Shown: positions 39,764-53,290 of the stretch, in pieces
How the letters are laid out: every line of letters begins with the position of its first letter
Position numbering within the stretch: position 1 is the stretch's first letter
Assembly: GCA_002633005.1 (NCBI GenBank)
Contig: NMRA01000354.1
Span: 1 to 64,000, forward strand
Source: Phoronis australis
Taxonomy: Eukaryota > Animalia > Phoronida
DNA: 64,000 nucleotides
Direction: 5' to 3'
The notes under the pieces: generated by a model
Told to the model about the DNA's origin: nothing
The model's database searches: none
Seen by the model: the letters and a program-made list of their open reading frames with translations, nothing else
Program-made: the position numbers and the translations under genes

Positions 39764-41255
39764 ACATTGTCATTACATTCACAGTTCCACGTTTAAATGT
39801 GAATTGCCTTTACTCTTTGCTTGTTTTCCATAGATATTGGATAATAGTTTATTGTTTATCCAGGCGTATATTCATCTATTCGTGAAACCTACTACATGCT
39901 TTAATCAGCGACAGACACTCTTCCTCTTTCGTTCTCTGTAGTCTTTGATCTGCGTAAGTGTTCCGAGTGCGTCCGCGTAGAACCATCTTAAGGATTTCGA
40001 TCACACCCAGTGTTTGTGAGACTAGCATGGTGGAATACCGTAGAGTTTACATATTCCTGTGACCTGATTGGCTGAATTTATTCATGTCGAAACCCTCCAA
40101 GAAAAATTCAGCAGTAATATTCCGACTTTAGTCGCGGATTGTATTTCACTACAACCGGTGTTACACCACTTGTGAAAGTCAAATATTCACCCTCGGTTTC
40201 ACTGTCCCCATGGAGTGTGAAAGTTGCAGTGAAAGTTGAACAGCAACGTGAACAGTTTTAGAAATTTTAGCACGAGAATTACTAAAGTAGCTGTTACATA
40301 TGGTAGCGAAAGACTGGTAGGGGTAATATTTGGGCTAACGGCCATTTACCTAGTACGCCAACACTGAGCGTGTATTCTCTTACTTATATGTGGTCAAGAG
40401 TTATGTTCACATAGTTACCACATCCGAAGAATAACTGTCGTAAGCATTGTCTTGCAATATCGGGCAGCAAAGCCAATGCCAAGGGACCCGACCATTATGA
40501 TTTTGATAACGACCTCATTTCTGCTCTTTTCCTTACTGGTAAAGCAAGATTTTCGAAGGGGTTTCCTCGACCAAAGTTTCGTTGTCATTCGTCACTCGCT
40601 TATGGCAGCGTGGTTTTAGGAAAAACCAAGCGCACTACGAAATTCACAATGTGAAAAAGATATCCTTGAGAAATTTATTTAGGTAAAAATGTCGTTTCAA
40701 AATCATAATACGTAACTGCAATTTTCTTCACTCTCTTGGATACTTTTATGACTCACTGCGAAGCGATACCGAAGCTAGTTTACAATGAAACAACACGTGT
40801 AGGTGAGATAAATTCGCGACATTTTTTTCAAAAACCTAATTTTTGAGTCCCCATTACATGCGCGCACCCAGCCTAGAAATGAGAATGTGGACCTTTTGCT
40901 AAAAGCGGTGGTACGTTTACTGCTATGAATTGTGCATTCGCTAAATTTATGTAGTTCCTTCATTTTTAGTGGATTTTTGTCTCGTTTTCTACTTTTTTCG
41001 GAGTTTTTGTTTTTCTGAGGCGGACCTTTTTGCCCACTTCGCATGTATTAGGAAGCGTCCTTGTAATAAATTACTTTAATATTCATGGATTCATCGTCCA
41101 AATTGGTGTTCTCACAACACCTGTTCGTGGCATATTAAATACTTTCTATACTTTCTATCTAAAGTCAAAGTTTTTAATCTCAATTCAAAACCGTTCTTTG
41201 TCGAAGTATTCAAGTCGTCGATTTCTTATTATTAGGCAGATTTTGGTGAGCCGAC

Positions 41256-44189
41256 TGACACGCGGTAAAATGAAACAATTTCGTATAAAGTGCAACAACT
41301 GTTACATTTTACGTCATTGTTACATTTTACGTTGCTAAGCCTCTCCTAAAATGGAATAAGTTGTTACATTTTACGTAGTTGTTACATTTCAAGTCGAACG
41401 CACATGCGAGAAATGTACCATTGTTACATTTTACGAAACCCACGTCATATTGCAGAGAAAAATGACCAAAATCACGAACAAGTGGTATCTGACACGACCA
41501 GGGGGTACTGGAATATTTTTGTACGAGGGGTGCCGCCCGAAAAAATTGAATACGTACCCGTTTAGAGAGTGGGCTCGGACAAAAAGTGACCCATTTAGAG
41601 ACCAATTTGTGTAAAAAATCACGTTTTCGCACTCTTTTGTTCAAGAAATTCAGGAAGGGCACCTTTTGTCGGAAATGGCATCATTTTGGAGTTTTTTGGC
41701 GGCACTTTTCCTATATCTCTTCTATAGAATGCCCTATGCCACATGAATTTGGCTACCTATTATCATTTTTATTAGTATTACATTACTATTGCTACTATTA
41801 TTACTATTACTATTACTACTATTATTACTATCACTACTGTATATCGTTTTCGTTATCGTGATTATTATTATTTAACGAGGACACAATACATGTTTAGCAA
41901 AGTGCTAATACATCATGGTCCTCAAAGATTTGAAAATCGTCTCATTAATGATTCAATGTTTTCATCGGGTTTTCCATAGTGGACAGCGAATGCTTTTCCA
42001 AATGATTTTAAAGGTGTTTCCATGTTCAGGCTTGACGAAATTGTGAAGAATGTCTTGTCAGCTGTGGATGCAGAGTAGGCCTACTTCTTGGGATCGAGGA
42101 GGTTGAGATTTAAAATCTTGTTTAGACGTGCACCACTTCAAAAATTGATTATTTCTGACCTATCGGCAAGCACTGTATTGTTTGTGGATGTAACCATATT
42201 CATCTGTAGTTTGCCAAGAAGAACTGAATTCAGACCGCACTATTTTACTCGCGACTTTCATCTAAACGTGAGGATACCCACCGTGTAACCATTTTTGTCT
42301 CTTGTTGTAAACATTGTTCCACGATGAAGTACAGGAAGACATTTTTCGAGAACTAACGATTAGTCGGCTGCGGTCACTGGGTCATTAGAATAGTTGATAA
42401 TGGACATGCAAAACGCGCAGCAATTTTATGTGGAACGAGCCCCAATATTCTTAGAAAAACGCAGGGATTTAACACAGTGATTTAAACTAGGTTTCATTGA
42501 AAGTGGATTGTATGGAACAAAAACCGCCAACGTCGAAGTCAGTGATGTTTAATATGAGCATTTTATGCAATGTATCAAAAGGGTAAATATACCAAATTCG
42601 TTTATGTTCGAGCTGCAACACAAAAAATGGCGCTTCATGAGACACGTGACTTCACGTCCATTAATAATAGAATGTCCAATCTTTGTCTTTATTTATATTT
42701 ACTTCTCATTAATGAACATTGACCAAATAGCAATTTCAATTCATATTTTATCTTAAAAGATAATAGAAAGAGAAAGTGCATGTTTTCATAGTCTGAAAGA
42801 CAGACAGTCAGCTTTTTGGACTTATTGCCCCTTTTAACTATCGACCGAGACCTGTCCGTGTTTGAGCAAAATAACCCTGCCCTTTCAGAGTACAATATAT
42901 TTTCTATTTCCCCAGCTAGGTATCCCATTTTTACACTTCACGGTTTGACCTGTTGTTACCACAACTACTTCAGACAGGTTTGACATCATAGGGATAATGA
43001 TATTTCTTTAAGCTTTTAAGCTGTATAAAACACGTTACAATGACTCTACTTTTTAAACTATTGGCTCGCCCTTCTCAAAGGCGATATTTTAATGTTGCTT
43101 CGGCAAAATCTGTCAACCTGTCGGCAAATAAATGCGTGCTTTTACTTCCTTCCCCAACAATGTCTTTAAGAAATTGTCATTCGTAACTAAGGTGGTAGAC
43201 AGAACCTGTCAGCATCAGAAACATTGGTTTTGCTCCTTTTATGTGGAGCAGGTCAATTACTGCATTAGCGATGACTCCAAGGCAATAAAACACTGGCTGA
43301 CATGAACCAAACTATGGTGGACTAAAACTGGTGTTTTTTCTATCAAATTGGCTTCCGAAATTAAATTCTCCATGAAAATTGTGTTATTGTCGTTCGTTCC
43401 CGAAGAAATACGATAAATATTTGCCAAATACGATGTCATTGTTGTGCTTACCATGGGAAGTGTGTTTACTGTAATGCCGGATACCCAATTGATTTATGAC
43501 CTGTGAGCGTCAACAAAAAATTGCAAGAATGCTTTAAATATAAAAAAACTTGTTACCTGATCCTGAAAACTCCTTTCATGTAGAGTTGAAATTGTACGGT
43601 GTGCATTTTTGACTCTACCATAAAACTACTCGTGTTAAAAAAACATGTAGAGCACATAGGGACACATCTATAAGTTCGACCTGGCACATTTGATAGAATT
43701 TCATTCACACAATCCGAGAAAAAAGGCGTTAAGTGTGTGAACGGTTTTCTTCCAAGTGACAATCATACAAACTCATGAAATATGACGTTGCCTTCGTAAA
43801 ATGTAACATTGGTGCATTTCTCGCATGTGCATTCGACGTAAATTGTAACAATTACATAAAATGTAACAACTTTTTAAAATGTAATAGTTGTTACATTTTA
43901 CGTATTATATAAATAGGTAAATGAAACAACAAGAATGGATCAACTATTGACATTTAAGATATGGTGTAATGAATATTCATTACACCATATATTAAATGTC
44001 AATATATATTAAATGTCAATTGTCATATAGTGTTTGATTTTACTTTATTTCTGTTTCTGTTTACAAAGGACGTTATTACATCGTGAAACAATACTATCCT
44101 TGGGAGGATCTGGATCGTCTTATTTAGGTTCAGATTTATTTTCTACGTTATTTACATTTTACGAAATTGTTACATTTTACTGCGTATCA
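41256..44189. mobile_element. ~2.9-kb TIR element (TGA...TCA), 6-bp TSD, arrays of TGTTACATTTTACG subterminal repeats
   Basis: tgacacgcggtaaaatgaaacaatttcgta is inverted relative to tacgaaattgttacattttactgcgtatca. GCCGAC flanks both ends (41250-41255, 44190-44195). Inverted arms extend further (~41360-41450 vs ~43780-43870). Confidence 0.85.
41783..41870. repeat. (TAC/TAT)n microsatellite
   Basis: ttactattgctactattattactattac...; produces the poly-Tyr in the ORF track. Confidence 0.9.
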
Positions 44190-44539
44190 GCCGACTAGCG
44201 GTCGAGCTTGGTCTCGTCACTCAGTGACTGAGCCGATGAGAGCTTACTAAATAGTTTTTCACATTTCGCACATATGCGGATATCTGATCTTGAACAGCGT
44301 TCTGGGAAGCAGGTTTCTTGTGAAGAACAACAATATCACGCAATTCTTGGCGAGATATGACCATTCACAGCAAGCGGAGCGCGTGATCTCACTCATGAGT
44401 GTCGTGTGTTTACGTAACGCGACCTGAGAAAGTTCCTATTAAAAGTAAAACATTAGGCCCAGAAGCAATTTGCTTTCATTTGTTAGTTACAGGCGGCATA
44501 CCACAGGGGGCTGGGGGGGGGAATTGGCAACCAAGGGCC

Positions 44540-44805
44540 ATCGCAAAATTAGAAGGCGTGGGTTGTGATCACTGCCGCTCTTGTCAACAGATTAAAAATG
44601 TGCTCTAGACGTCTGGGAAACCAACTGGCTGATCCACAAAAACGTTTGTGTGGCCGTTCACTGAATAAAACCTGCAGCCACCGGTTCTTAAATGGACAAC
44701 ATCGGTGACAAAGATGATTTTCTGAAATCAACCCCATAGCGGAATCGAGCTTGGAACCCTCGCTGCCGCAGTTGAACACTCTGCTTCCGGAGCTAAACCG
44801 CACTG
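44540..44805 (-). mobile_element. Decayed tRNA-derived SINE candidate
   Basis: Minus-strand head cggtttagctccggaagcagag...ccaagctcgattccg has A- and B-box-like motifs at tRNA spacing. The body extent is approximate. Confidence 0.4.
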
Positions 44806-45701
44806 GGTAAACTGTATACTGTGTTAACAGAATTTAAAGCTAGTCTAGTCGGACTTCTAAACTGCGTTTTTGAGAAGGAAATGATGGGGAAGATTGAAAA
44901 TTGATATATTAATAAGCTCAAAAATGTCCACGAGTGTTTTTAATTTAAATTAGAGCCACCATTACCGAATTTTTGTTATTTTGCATTATCCCAATGACTA
45001 TTTCATATACGTGTAATTGAACACATCAAGTTTCTATTCCCATATGTTGAGAGTCAAGCATTACGACAGATTATGTTTTAAGTATTACATATTACACAAC
45101 AAATTAGCATCGATTTTTCATTGACGAATCGCGTGAACTGCGGGTAAGTCACTAAAAACACTAATTCGTGCAAGTTTGAGTTAAGAGCTATTCCACGAGA
45201 AAATAAAAAAAAATAAAAAATCAATCTTGGGGTCATCTTTCAGATTCATCTTAAACTTTGTGTTTGATCGTGGTGTGGCTCTGATATAAAAATCTCCGCT
45301 AAATACGCAAACTCGACAATAAGTTCCTACATAACCTTATCATAAATCTCCAAAATATCAACTTTTGCGATTACTCTAAGTCTAGAGTGGTGAAAAGGCT
45401 GTTTCTAGACAGTAAAGTTTGAGTTCTTCCACCCACCTGTCATATCTTCAGGTGTGGCGAGGTACGTCGATAGTTCCTCTTTAGACTAAAATTTAATAAA
45501 ATGCACTGTTAATTAATCGGTGGTATTTTGTAAATTTCATCTCTTATTCTCTCGGATTCATAGTTCGAAACACCCTACAGCAACTAGGAGTTTTCTTTTG
45601 TACCTCATAGGTTGGCAATCTTGGGTAAAAAAACTCTGCCAGAGTCCCGTTAAGAGAACGCTTATAACTGACATATTTGTGAGTCTTCTTTTTTCGAGTA
45701 A

Positions 45702-45886
45702 GGCGCAAGATTGTACCAAATAGGAAATACATGTGTTATGAAGTATCAATTGCCTAATCTTAGCCCCTACCTTAACCCTAACACTAATCCCAAACCCAAT
45801 CCCTACCCTAACTCTAACCCTAACCCTAACCCGCGTCCTCTAAAGGTACAATCCCGCGGCTATGGAGTGGATCTTTTTCGTGCGCC
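45702..45886. repeat. Degenerate (CCCTAA)n tract inside short inverted repeats; candidate Helentron-associated non-autonomous element
   Basis: ccttaaccctaacactaatcccaaacccaatccctaccctaactctaaccctaaccctaaccc lies between ggcgcaagattgtacc and ggtacaatcccgcggc. Confidence 0.5.
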
Positions 45887-48800
45887 ATAAAGTCGCTAGC
45901 ATATTTAGATAAACAATATGGGTTCTGTTTCGTGAAAAATTATTTAACAGAAATTTTGTCTCACCCTCCCACTTCACAATAACTGAATAAAATTTTTGCC
46001 AAGTGAAGTTCAGAAATAATTTGTGTGAAAATTATCTGAGCAACCAACTATTGGCTTGGTTTCAGAAGCCCTGTACGTTTTGTGAGATGAGGTAAAACTA
46101 TTTTCATAAATAGTTTTGTGGAGAGTAAGGCGTCAGTCAGTTTTAATGAAACGTATCCCTGCTGAACTTCAGCGACAACTTAAACATTTTGAGCCCGCAA
46201 GTCCTGTGGCGATGGCAATTGTGAGGGTCAATTACCTTGGTTATATGTATTCCCTGGAGAAGTTTAAACCTAGTGTATTTTTACAGGTAAAGCAAAAAAG
46301 CTTGAGCTCTAGAGTTTCATTGTGCATTCAGGCTTGGTGTTAATTGAGATGCTACTTTTCAAATATAGAAAAAATACATGTAGACGAGTTCAATTCTGCT
46401 TTATTCCCGAATAGAATCCAGAGTCACAGCGGAAGTAGCTTTTAACAAGATGTTGCGCAATACGGTAGAGGAAGATATTCTCACTCACAGGTCTACAAAT
46501 GGCCTTGATCTACTCTCTCCATAACTGTCTGAACGAAAGTCATGCATTCGATGAGGGCGTCAACGTGATGCATGCCGATTAGCCGCCGACATACTGACAC
46601 CGTCAAACCTGATACAAAAGAAGTGGTGGAAGAATGGTGGAAGTGGTGCCAGATCCACTGTGTGTGTGTATGGCCCTTTCCTACCTAACTGTAGGATTGG
46701 TCTCATGATCATTGATGTTTGTGAAGTGGGCGAATGGAAAGGCTGACCTCTTGCCTGATGAAAGTTTCACGGAAGGAGATGAAACCGACATGGAACGAGA
46801 AACTTACTGACCCAAAACAAGTGGCGACTGCGCATGTCACATTTAGGACTTCGTTGTAATTTTGCTTACTAAAATGATAACTGAAAACTCAAACGTTGAA
46901 GTTTATATTTTATTAGCTTCTGTAAGCGTGATCCGTTAAGGCCGGAATGATTAAAGCTAATGCGCTGTTGAATACACAAAGGAAACATATGGTTTCTTTG
47001 AAACGGGTTCTGTCGCAATGATTGGCCCACAAAAAGAGGTATAAGCACTTCATTTGTTTCAACACATGAAATAGTCAGTAAGATATAGCAAAATAACGAA
47101 AAGTTGGTAATGGCGGCACTAACTTGCGTAAAAAACGTACGTGGGACATTTGTTTTAGAAGAGATTTTGATTGCTGGTATTTCCGTTGTTTGAATCTAAA
47201 TCGTACCTCTAGTGACAATAATTATTTTTATTTTTTACTTTTAAAACTCCTTTATAGATTTTTACGAAATTTGGCAAATACGTTTCTCTTAATGAGATGA
47301 CAACGCCTTCTCATTTTCGTACGAATATGACGTATTCTGCGCCATAAAGGGGGCATTTTTGTGCGTCTTGGCAAAACATAGGCGTACCACATTTCCCTTA
47401 AAATGGAAAATGTGACCTTTAACCTCAAGCGACTTCAAGCAACTGATTGTGAGCGCATGCGCTCATAAATCATACGTGGGAGGGAGATTAGTAATTCTGT
47501 GATAAGCACAGTTTTTTCTTCGCGCGTATTTCCAAAATTATAAATTTTGTGATTTTTTCTAGAAATTTCCTCACAGGGGAAATTGAATTACTCTGTACTA
47601 GACGTTTCGAGATGATACTTTCGTCAGGAATCGTTTAAAAGATATTTTTTAGAGCTTTCGCGTTCCATGCCTCTTTAAGTTATTGTTGAAATACAATTGA
47701 AAGTTAATGTGAGTTGACAATTCTTCTTTAAAAGATACACATTGAGAGGAGTTCCATATTCAGAATATAACTTTGAAGGGGGCATACAGAAAGATGTTTT
47801 TCTCTCCTTTGTGGACACGGGCGTAGTAATTGCATTGTTCACTGCCTTTATCGAATGCATTAGAGTTATGTTGAAGAAATGCTTCAAACATATGTAAAAT
47901 TTCGATTATGTATGCGATAAGTGTCCGTGTGCTCTTCATAATATGATAGTAGACCAAGCCATTTTGAAATTATAAATAAGATCTTTTGTGTCCTTGTTCT
48001 GAAGTTCTGGGCAAAAGTTATGTCCGTTTTGACCCATTGTGTCCACTGTGACCCAATATGTCTATACTCACCTGCTGGGTCTATTTTTACACGTTAAATC
48101 CATTTTCACCCATTAAGTCTACTTTGATTCATTACTCTATTGATTGATTACTCATTGCACATTTAATGGTTTATTTTTATTGTACGTTAGTGTAATAAGC
48201 GTTGAGACAGTGGTTGCTGATGTTTTTGGTTTCGCCCTCGACCTCACCTTTAAATTGTCGCACCTCAGAGCGCTTTCATTTCTTGGGGTAACTTATTATA
48301 GCTTGTATCGTTACGGAAACCGGTGGAATGAAGGTCATGACCTTGAAGTGCCTGTAAGGTCTATATCATATAACAGACGCTCTACGTACAAGACCGAAAA
48401 AACTTCTTCCCACAACGACTACCTGTAATTAATAGTGCACCCAGATTGCCCTTTTAAGGACCACCCTAAAGCGCAGACATTTTTTTAGCAAATTTCTTTC
48501 CTTTGGGAGGACGTATTTTTTTGAACCCGGGATAAAGTCGGGTAAACGAAACGAGATAAATTACGTGCCCAAAAGTTTCAAGACTAGGTTCGACCAACTG
48601 GCTTGTCACGTTTCTCATATTATACGTGGAGTATGCTCTGGAGCAATAACGAGTTGCCAGTTTTCCAAGCCCAGAAACCCTAGTTAAGATTAGGTTGAGG
48701 TTAGTTTTACAGCGGTAAATGTTGCTATAAAGGTAAAAAATTTAATAGTATAACTGTTTGTGGTCTGCCTCTAACTCATTTCAAAATTTACGATTTACGT

Positions 48801-51657
48801 TAAAAAGAATCCCGAACCATTCAGATAGCGGCACGAGGAAAAGGTGGATCCAGCTGGCATCAGGTGTTGCTGGGAAAAACGGATCCTGACACATTTTAAC
48901 TTGCATCAGGTGACCTCTCCTGAAAATATGGACAACTAAAAAATACCTCATCACTGCCTTTTCAAAATAAACACACCAGAACGCTATTTCTTGACCTTGC
49001 AAGCGCGTTAGCGTTCCCATTCAGTGTAGTGACGCCCAGACGCTTCACATTTAATCTTCCTGTGTACTGTAAAGTAAACTTGACGCTTTTAATTCTGGTT
49101 TCGTCACCGAGCATTGGGCGTTGTCGTCATTGGGCGTTGTCGTGCTGAACGTCAAGATAGTCGTTTTAGGTGAAGTATTCATTGCTCTCTTATTAGTTAG
49201 ATTAACCGCCACTTGCTTCTTAGAGAAATTTCTTTCATGATGCGGACAAAAAGGATAAAAGTAAAACCACAAAAGATCGTCAGAAATGATGGCTCGAGGG
49301 GCGCATAGCGGTTAGTTTAAGCTACACGTCAAAGTCAGGTCCCCTACGATCTGTAAGTTACCTGGACTCCCAATTTTTGGGACATCAACCTAAATGGGTG
49401 CCCTGAGAGGAGCAATTGCAAAAAAAATGCGTTCACGGTCACAAAGCCAATATTTCTCTCGTTTTGTGAAAGTAGCACCACCCTTGGAAAACATGAAAAA
49501 TAATCCGAACTCAGTTTCCGTGCGGACATTCACCATTTCTTAAGATGATGGTATGAACTTCGCGCATTTTTGACGTTACACATGGACACAAGGGGTTAGA
49601 ATCCCCCGATCCATCATGTCCACTTTATGCGTGGTCAAAACGGAATTAATGAAGTTTTCCTTCACTTTACGAACTACAAATTATCTTTGACACTAAATTC
49701 ATGCATCAAAACCGACTTAACGGGTGAAAATGAACCTAGCAGAAAAAAATAATATAACTGGTTAAGATCGCCCTGACCCTTCATGTCCACTACATGGGTC
49801 AAAACGGGATTAATGGTTGTTTAATTCACCCAAAATTTATCAAAACCGGCTTTAAGGGTAAAAATGTATTTAACGGGTCAAAATGGACACAATGGATCAC
49901 ACAAATGTTCAATGCAGATACAAAACAATTCACCAGCAAACCGTATTTCCTAGAGAAACAGCTTGTTCACCAACTTCTACTGTGTTTAGTAAGCACATGT
50001 ATTTTTGTTTTATATGCGGAAGTTTTTGCTCTCAAAATACACGTTCTGTCGACGCAACCCCAAGGCTACAAATTTTTCTTTTGCGCGACCTTTCTCATCA
50101 ACAGTATCCTTTTCTCATTAACCATTCTTTTCTGACGCAATTCAGTTCTAATTCGGTTCTTTTTTCATTGATCTTGACGACGGCACATAAACACGTAACA
50201 TAAAAGCGCCCTACCAACCAGTAGTCAGAAGAATTTAACAGATATGTCGCCGTACAAGAAGACGCTTTCACATGAGTATTCAGAACCAAAATAAACAGTG
50301 CCCCTTCGACTGCACTGCCTACCCGCGCACCCAATATCAAATCAGGCGGCCGCCCTCTGGAATAGCGCGTTCCTGCACGTGTGATATACACTCACACGCG
50401 CAGAATCCAATTGCGAAATCTACCTTGGCTTGCCTTTTGACAACAGTATCCAGTTATTTCCAGTCGATTTACCTAATTACTTTCGCAATAAGCACACGCA
50501 AATGGTCTACTGATACAGCAGAACTCCTGGCGGTTTTTTTACCTCAGGACATTCTGGAGCGTGTTCCGCAATCACAAAACAATGGTTCTTACACGTGCTG
50601 GCAGCCTTTTGAAAGACTGATTAACTAACATGTTCACTGAAGAAATTTGCTATGTTCTATCTCCAACGTCACCAAACATACCTTGATTATATGAATCGTC
50701 CGGTGTTCTGTCCATGTGGCCATCACAAACATCCACAGTCTCAAATTAGGGAAATCTTAATAACACCGGTTAATAATCAGCAACAGAAAATCTCTTTTTG
50801 TAGACGTCGTTTATGCGTGTCCTTAACCTCATGTCGTATGTTAATAAGTTCAACTCTTCCAGTCAATAAGGGACTCGGCGGTTTCCCGCGATCATGTCTA
50901 TGTGCTGGCGTAATTTACAGTGGGTTCATCAATTAAAAATGGCTCCACCTGGTCAGATGTGTTTGTGGAAAATGCAGAATTATCGATTGTGAACGAACTG
51001 GGAGCTGCTCACTGGTCCGAAGGTGCACTCGTCCGAAGGTTTACTAATAAGACGGAACAGGGCCATAAAATAGTTTTGTCAGCATTCTGCGAAACTTGCT
51101 GATGCGCCCGGAAACCATCGCGGGAAGTTAACAGCTGCACTAAAAATTCCAAATTGTGTTCTACGAGGTTTTCACCTATACCCATATATCTGCTAATAAT
51201 TATTTATAATCGAGTTACGGCGTTTCCAAAGCAAAAAAAAAATTCGAGAGACGCTGGAGGAGAGAAAGTTTTGCTGTTGGAACCGAAACAGTGATTTTCT
51301 ACCATAAGACAACATTTCAGCCTCGCTTACTTATCCTCATAGTGGCGGTCATTTTGCTAGTTTACGCTAGTAAGGTCAAAGGTCAAAACACTCGCCCATC
51401 ACACGCGTGATTTTGTATGATCTTGGGTTAACTCGTCGAGCTTACCAGAAATTTGTTCTGATCTGGTTAGTCACATTCTAAATTTCCAGACATTTAAAAA
51501 TTTACACACGAATTAAGAATGTAAATGTCTACAACATAAAGTAGTACCCAGAAATTGAGATGCTTTCATCCGGAAAAGACGGCCAGACATCTAAATTTCT
51601 ACTACGCTTTCGGATGTTTAGTCTGAAACCATTTTTTTAATCCTCAAACTTTATGGA

Positions 51658-51970
51658 CACGTCACCTTCATTATCTTAAATTGTTACATTTTACAATTAC
51701 TAAACATAATTTTCATGTTTTACTAATGCTTTGTGATGTTACAAACGGAACAAAAGTACACTGATGTAGTCTACAGAAGAACGAAACAATGATTACTGCG
51801 TCGCGTTGTACGTTTAACTGAAATCATTGTTAATATCCCGTGGCTTCATAAGTATGTCGCCTTCATTATCTTAAATTGTTACATATTTGCAGGTTTTCGA
51901 CAAATTTTCATGTTTTTATTCATGCGACACCTGTTGATGTAATGTCACAATCAGAACACGAGTACGGTGA
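51658..51970. repeat. Diverged ~196-bp-period duplication
   Basis: gtc(a/g)ccttcattatcttaaattgttacat...ttttcatgttttt occurs at ~51661 and ~51857. Confidence 0.75.
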
Positions 51971-52727
51971 TAGCTGCTTGGCGCTTTCGTATATTCATGG
52001 GATACCAAGAATTTCGTCGAGACGCTAAAATCCAATTTAAAAAATGGATACTAGTAATAACTATAACAATTTTGACCATGCAGTTGTTGCCATCGTCCGT
52101 TCGATAGTGTTGTTTCCTTTGTGGTGTCACCTAAGCAGAAATATACTTAACATTCATCTACAAGCTTAGCGCCGCTTGCTGACATTCCGTAAATGCGGGG
52201 AAATGGAAAGCTGCGCTTGAGTACCAGACGAACTGTGTCCCACCCTACTGTTACAAATGAATACGCTCTTGGGATTGTGGTCGTATTGAAGGTTGAACAA
52301 TACCAAGATACTACGAAGCGTAAAATGCTGAAATTAAATTTCTAAGTTATCGGATTGATGTTCATATGTTATAAACACACAAATGTGTGCCCACTCAGTG
52401 AACGAAAACACCTTGAACTATCGGTTTTCCTCTTCCCGCAGGGTACATAACTGATGAAGCGTCACTAGGATTCATTTGTTAAAGAATGAAATGTCACCAA
52501 CGGGAAATGTGCAATGCATCGATTCAGTAAATCCTCAGAATCAAGTCCGTCATCCCATCCCAGGATAGAGTATTAACCGAGTAGAGCCCGAGGCATACTG
52601 CACTAACTGCTAGTGGCGACATTTAAACTAATGAATCATGTCAAGCATTTTGATGAGGTGGTAGAGGTTTAGCTGAGTTAAGCAGTTTCATTTATTAAGC
52701 TTGCTTTTCAGCCAAACGGAGTATCGT

Positions 52728-53083
52728 AATGAAGATGACGACGATGACGACGACGGCGACTACGACAACGACAATGACGATGATGATAATGATGATGATG
52801 ATGGTGATGGTGATGGTGATGATGATGATGATGATTATGATGATGATGGTGATGGTGGTGATGATGATGATGATGATGATGGTGATGGTGATGATGATGA
52901 TGATTATGATGATGATGATGATGGTGNNNNNNNNNNNNNNNNNNNNNNNNNNNNNNNNNNNNNNNNNNNNNNNNNNNNNNNNNNNNNNNNNNNNNNNNNN
53001 NNNNNNNNNNNNNNNNNNNNNNNNNNNNNNNNNNNNNNNNNNNNNNNNNNNNNNNNNNNNNNNNNNNNNNNNNNNNNNNNNTG

Positions 53084-53115
<32 letters not shown>

Positions 53116-53290
53116 GATGACGATGATGACGATGATGATGATGATGGTGACGGTTTTGATGGTGGTGATGGTGATGATGACAACGACGAAGATAACGAAG
53201 ATTGCCGACGACTTCTAATGATTATGATGACTATGATGAACATAGCCGATATCTGTCATTGATGATAATGATGAAAGTGCTGGCAATGGA
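52728..53290. repeat. (GAT/GGT/GAC)n microsatellite spanning an assembly gap (N run 52927-53081)
   Basis: Directly visible trinucleotide tract on both sides of the Ns. Confidence 0.97.

Noticed and set aside
50272-51102. Cluster of overlapping short ORFs
   Set aside because: No recognisable domain in any frame, and lengths are compatible with chance.
52695-53262. Poly-Asp, poly-Met and poly-Ile ORFs
   Set aside because: These are translations of a GAT microsatellite across an N gap. An acidic protein exon cannot be excluded, but nothing else supports one.
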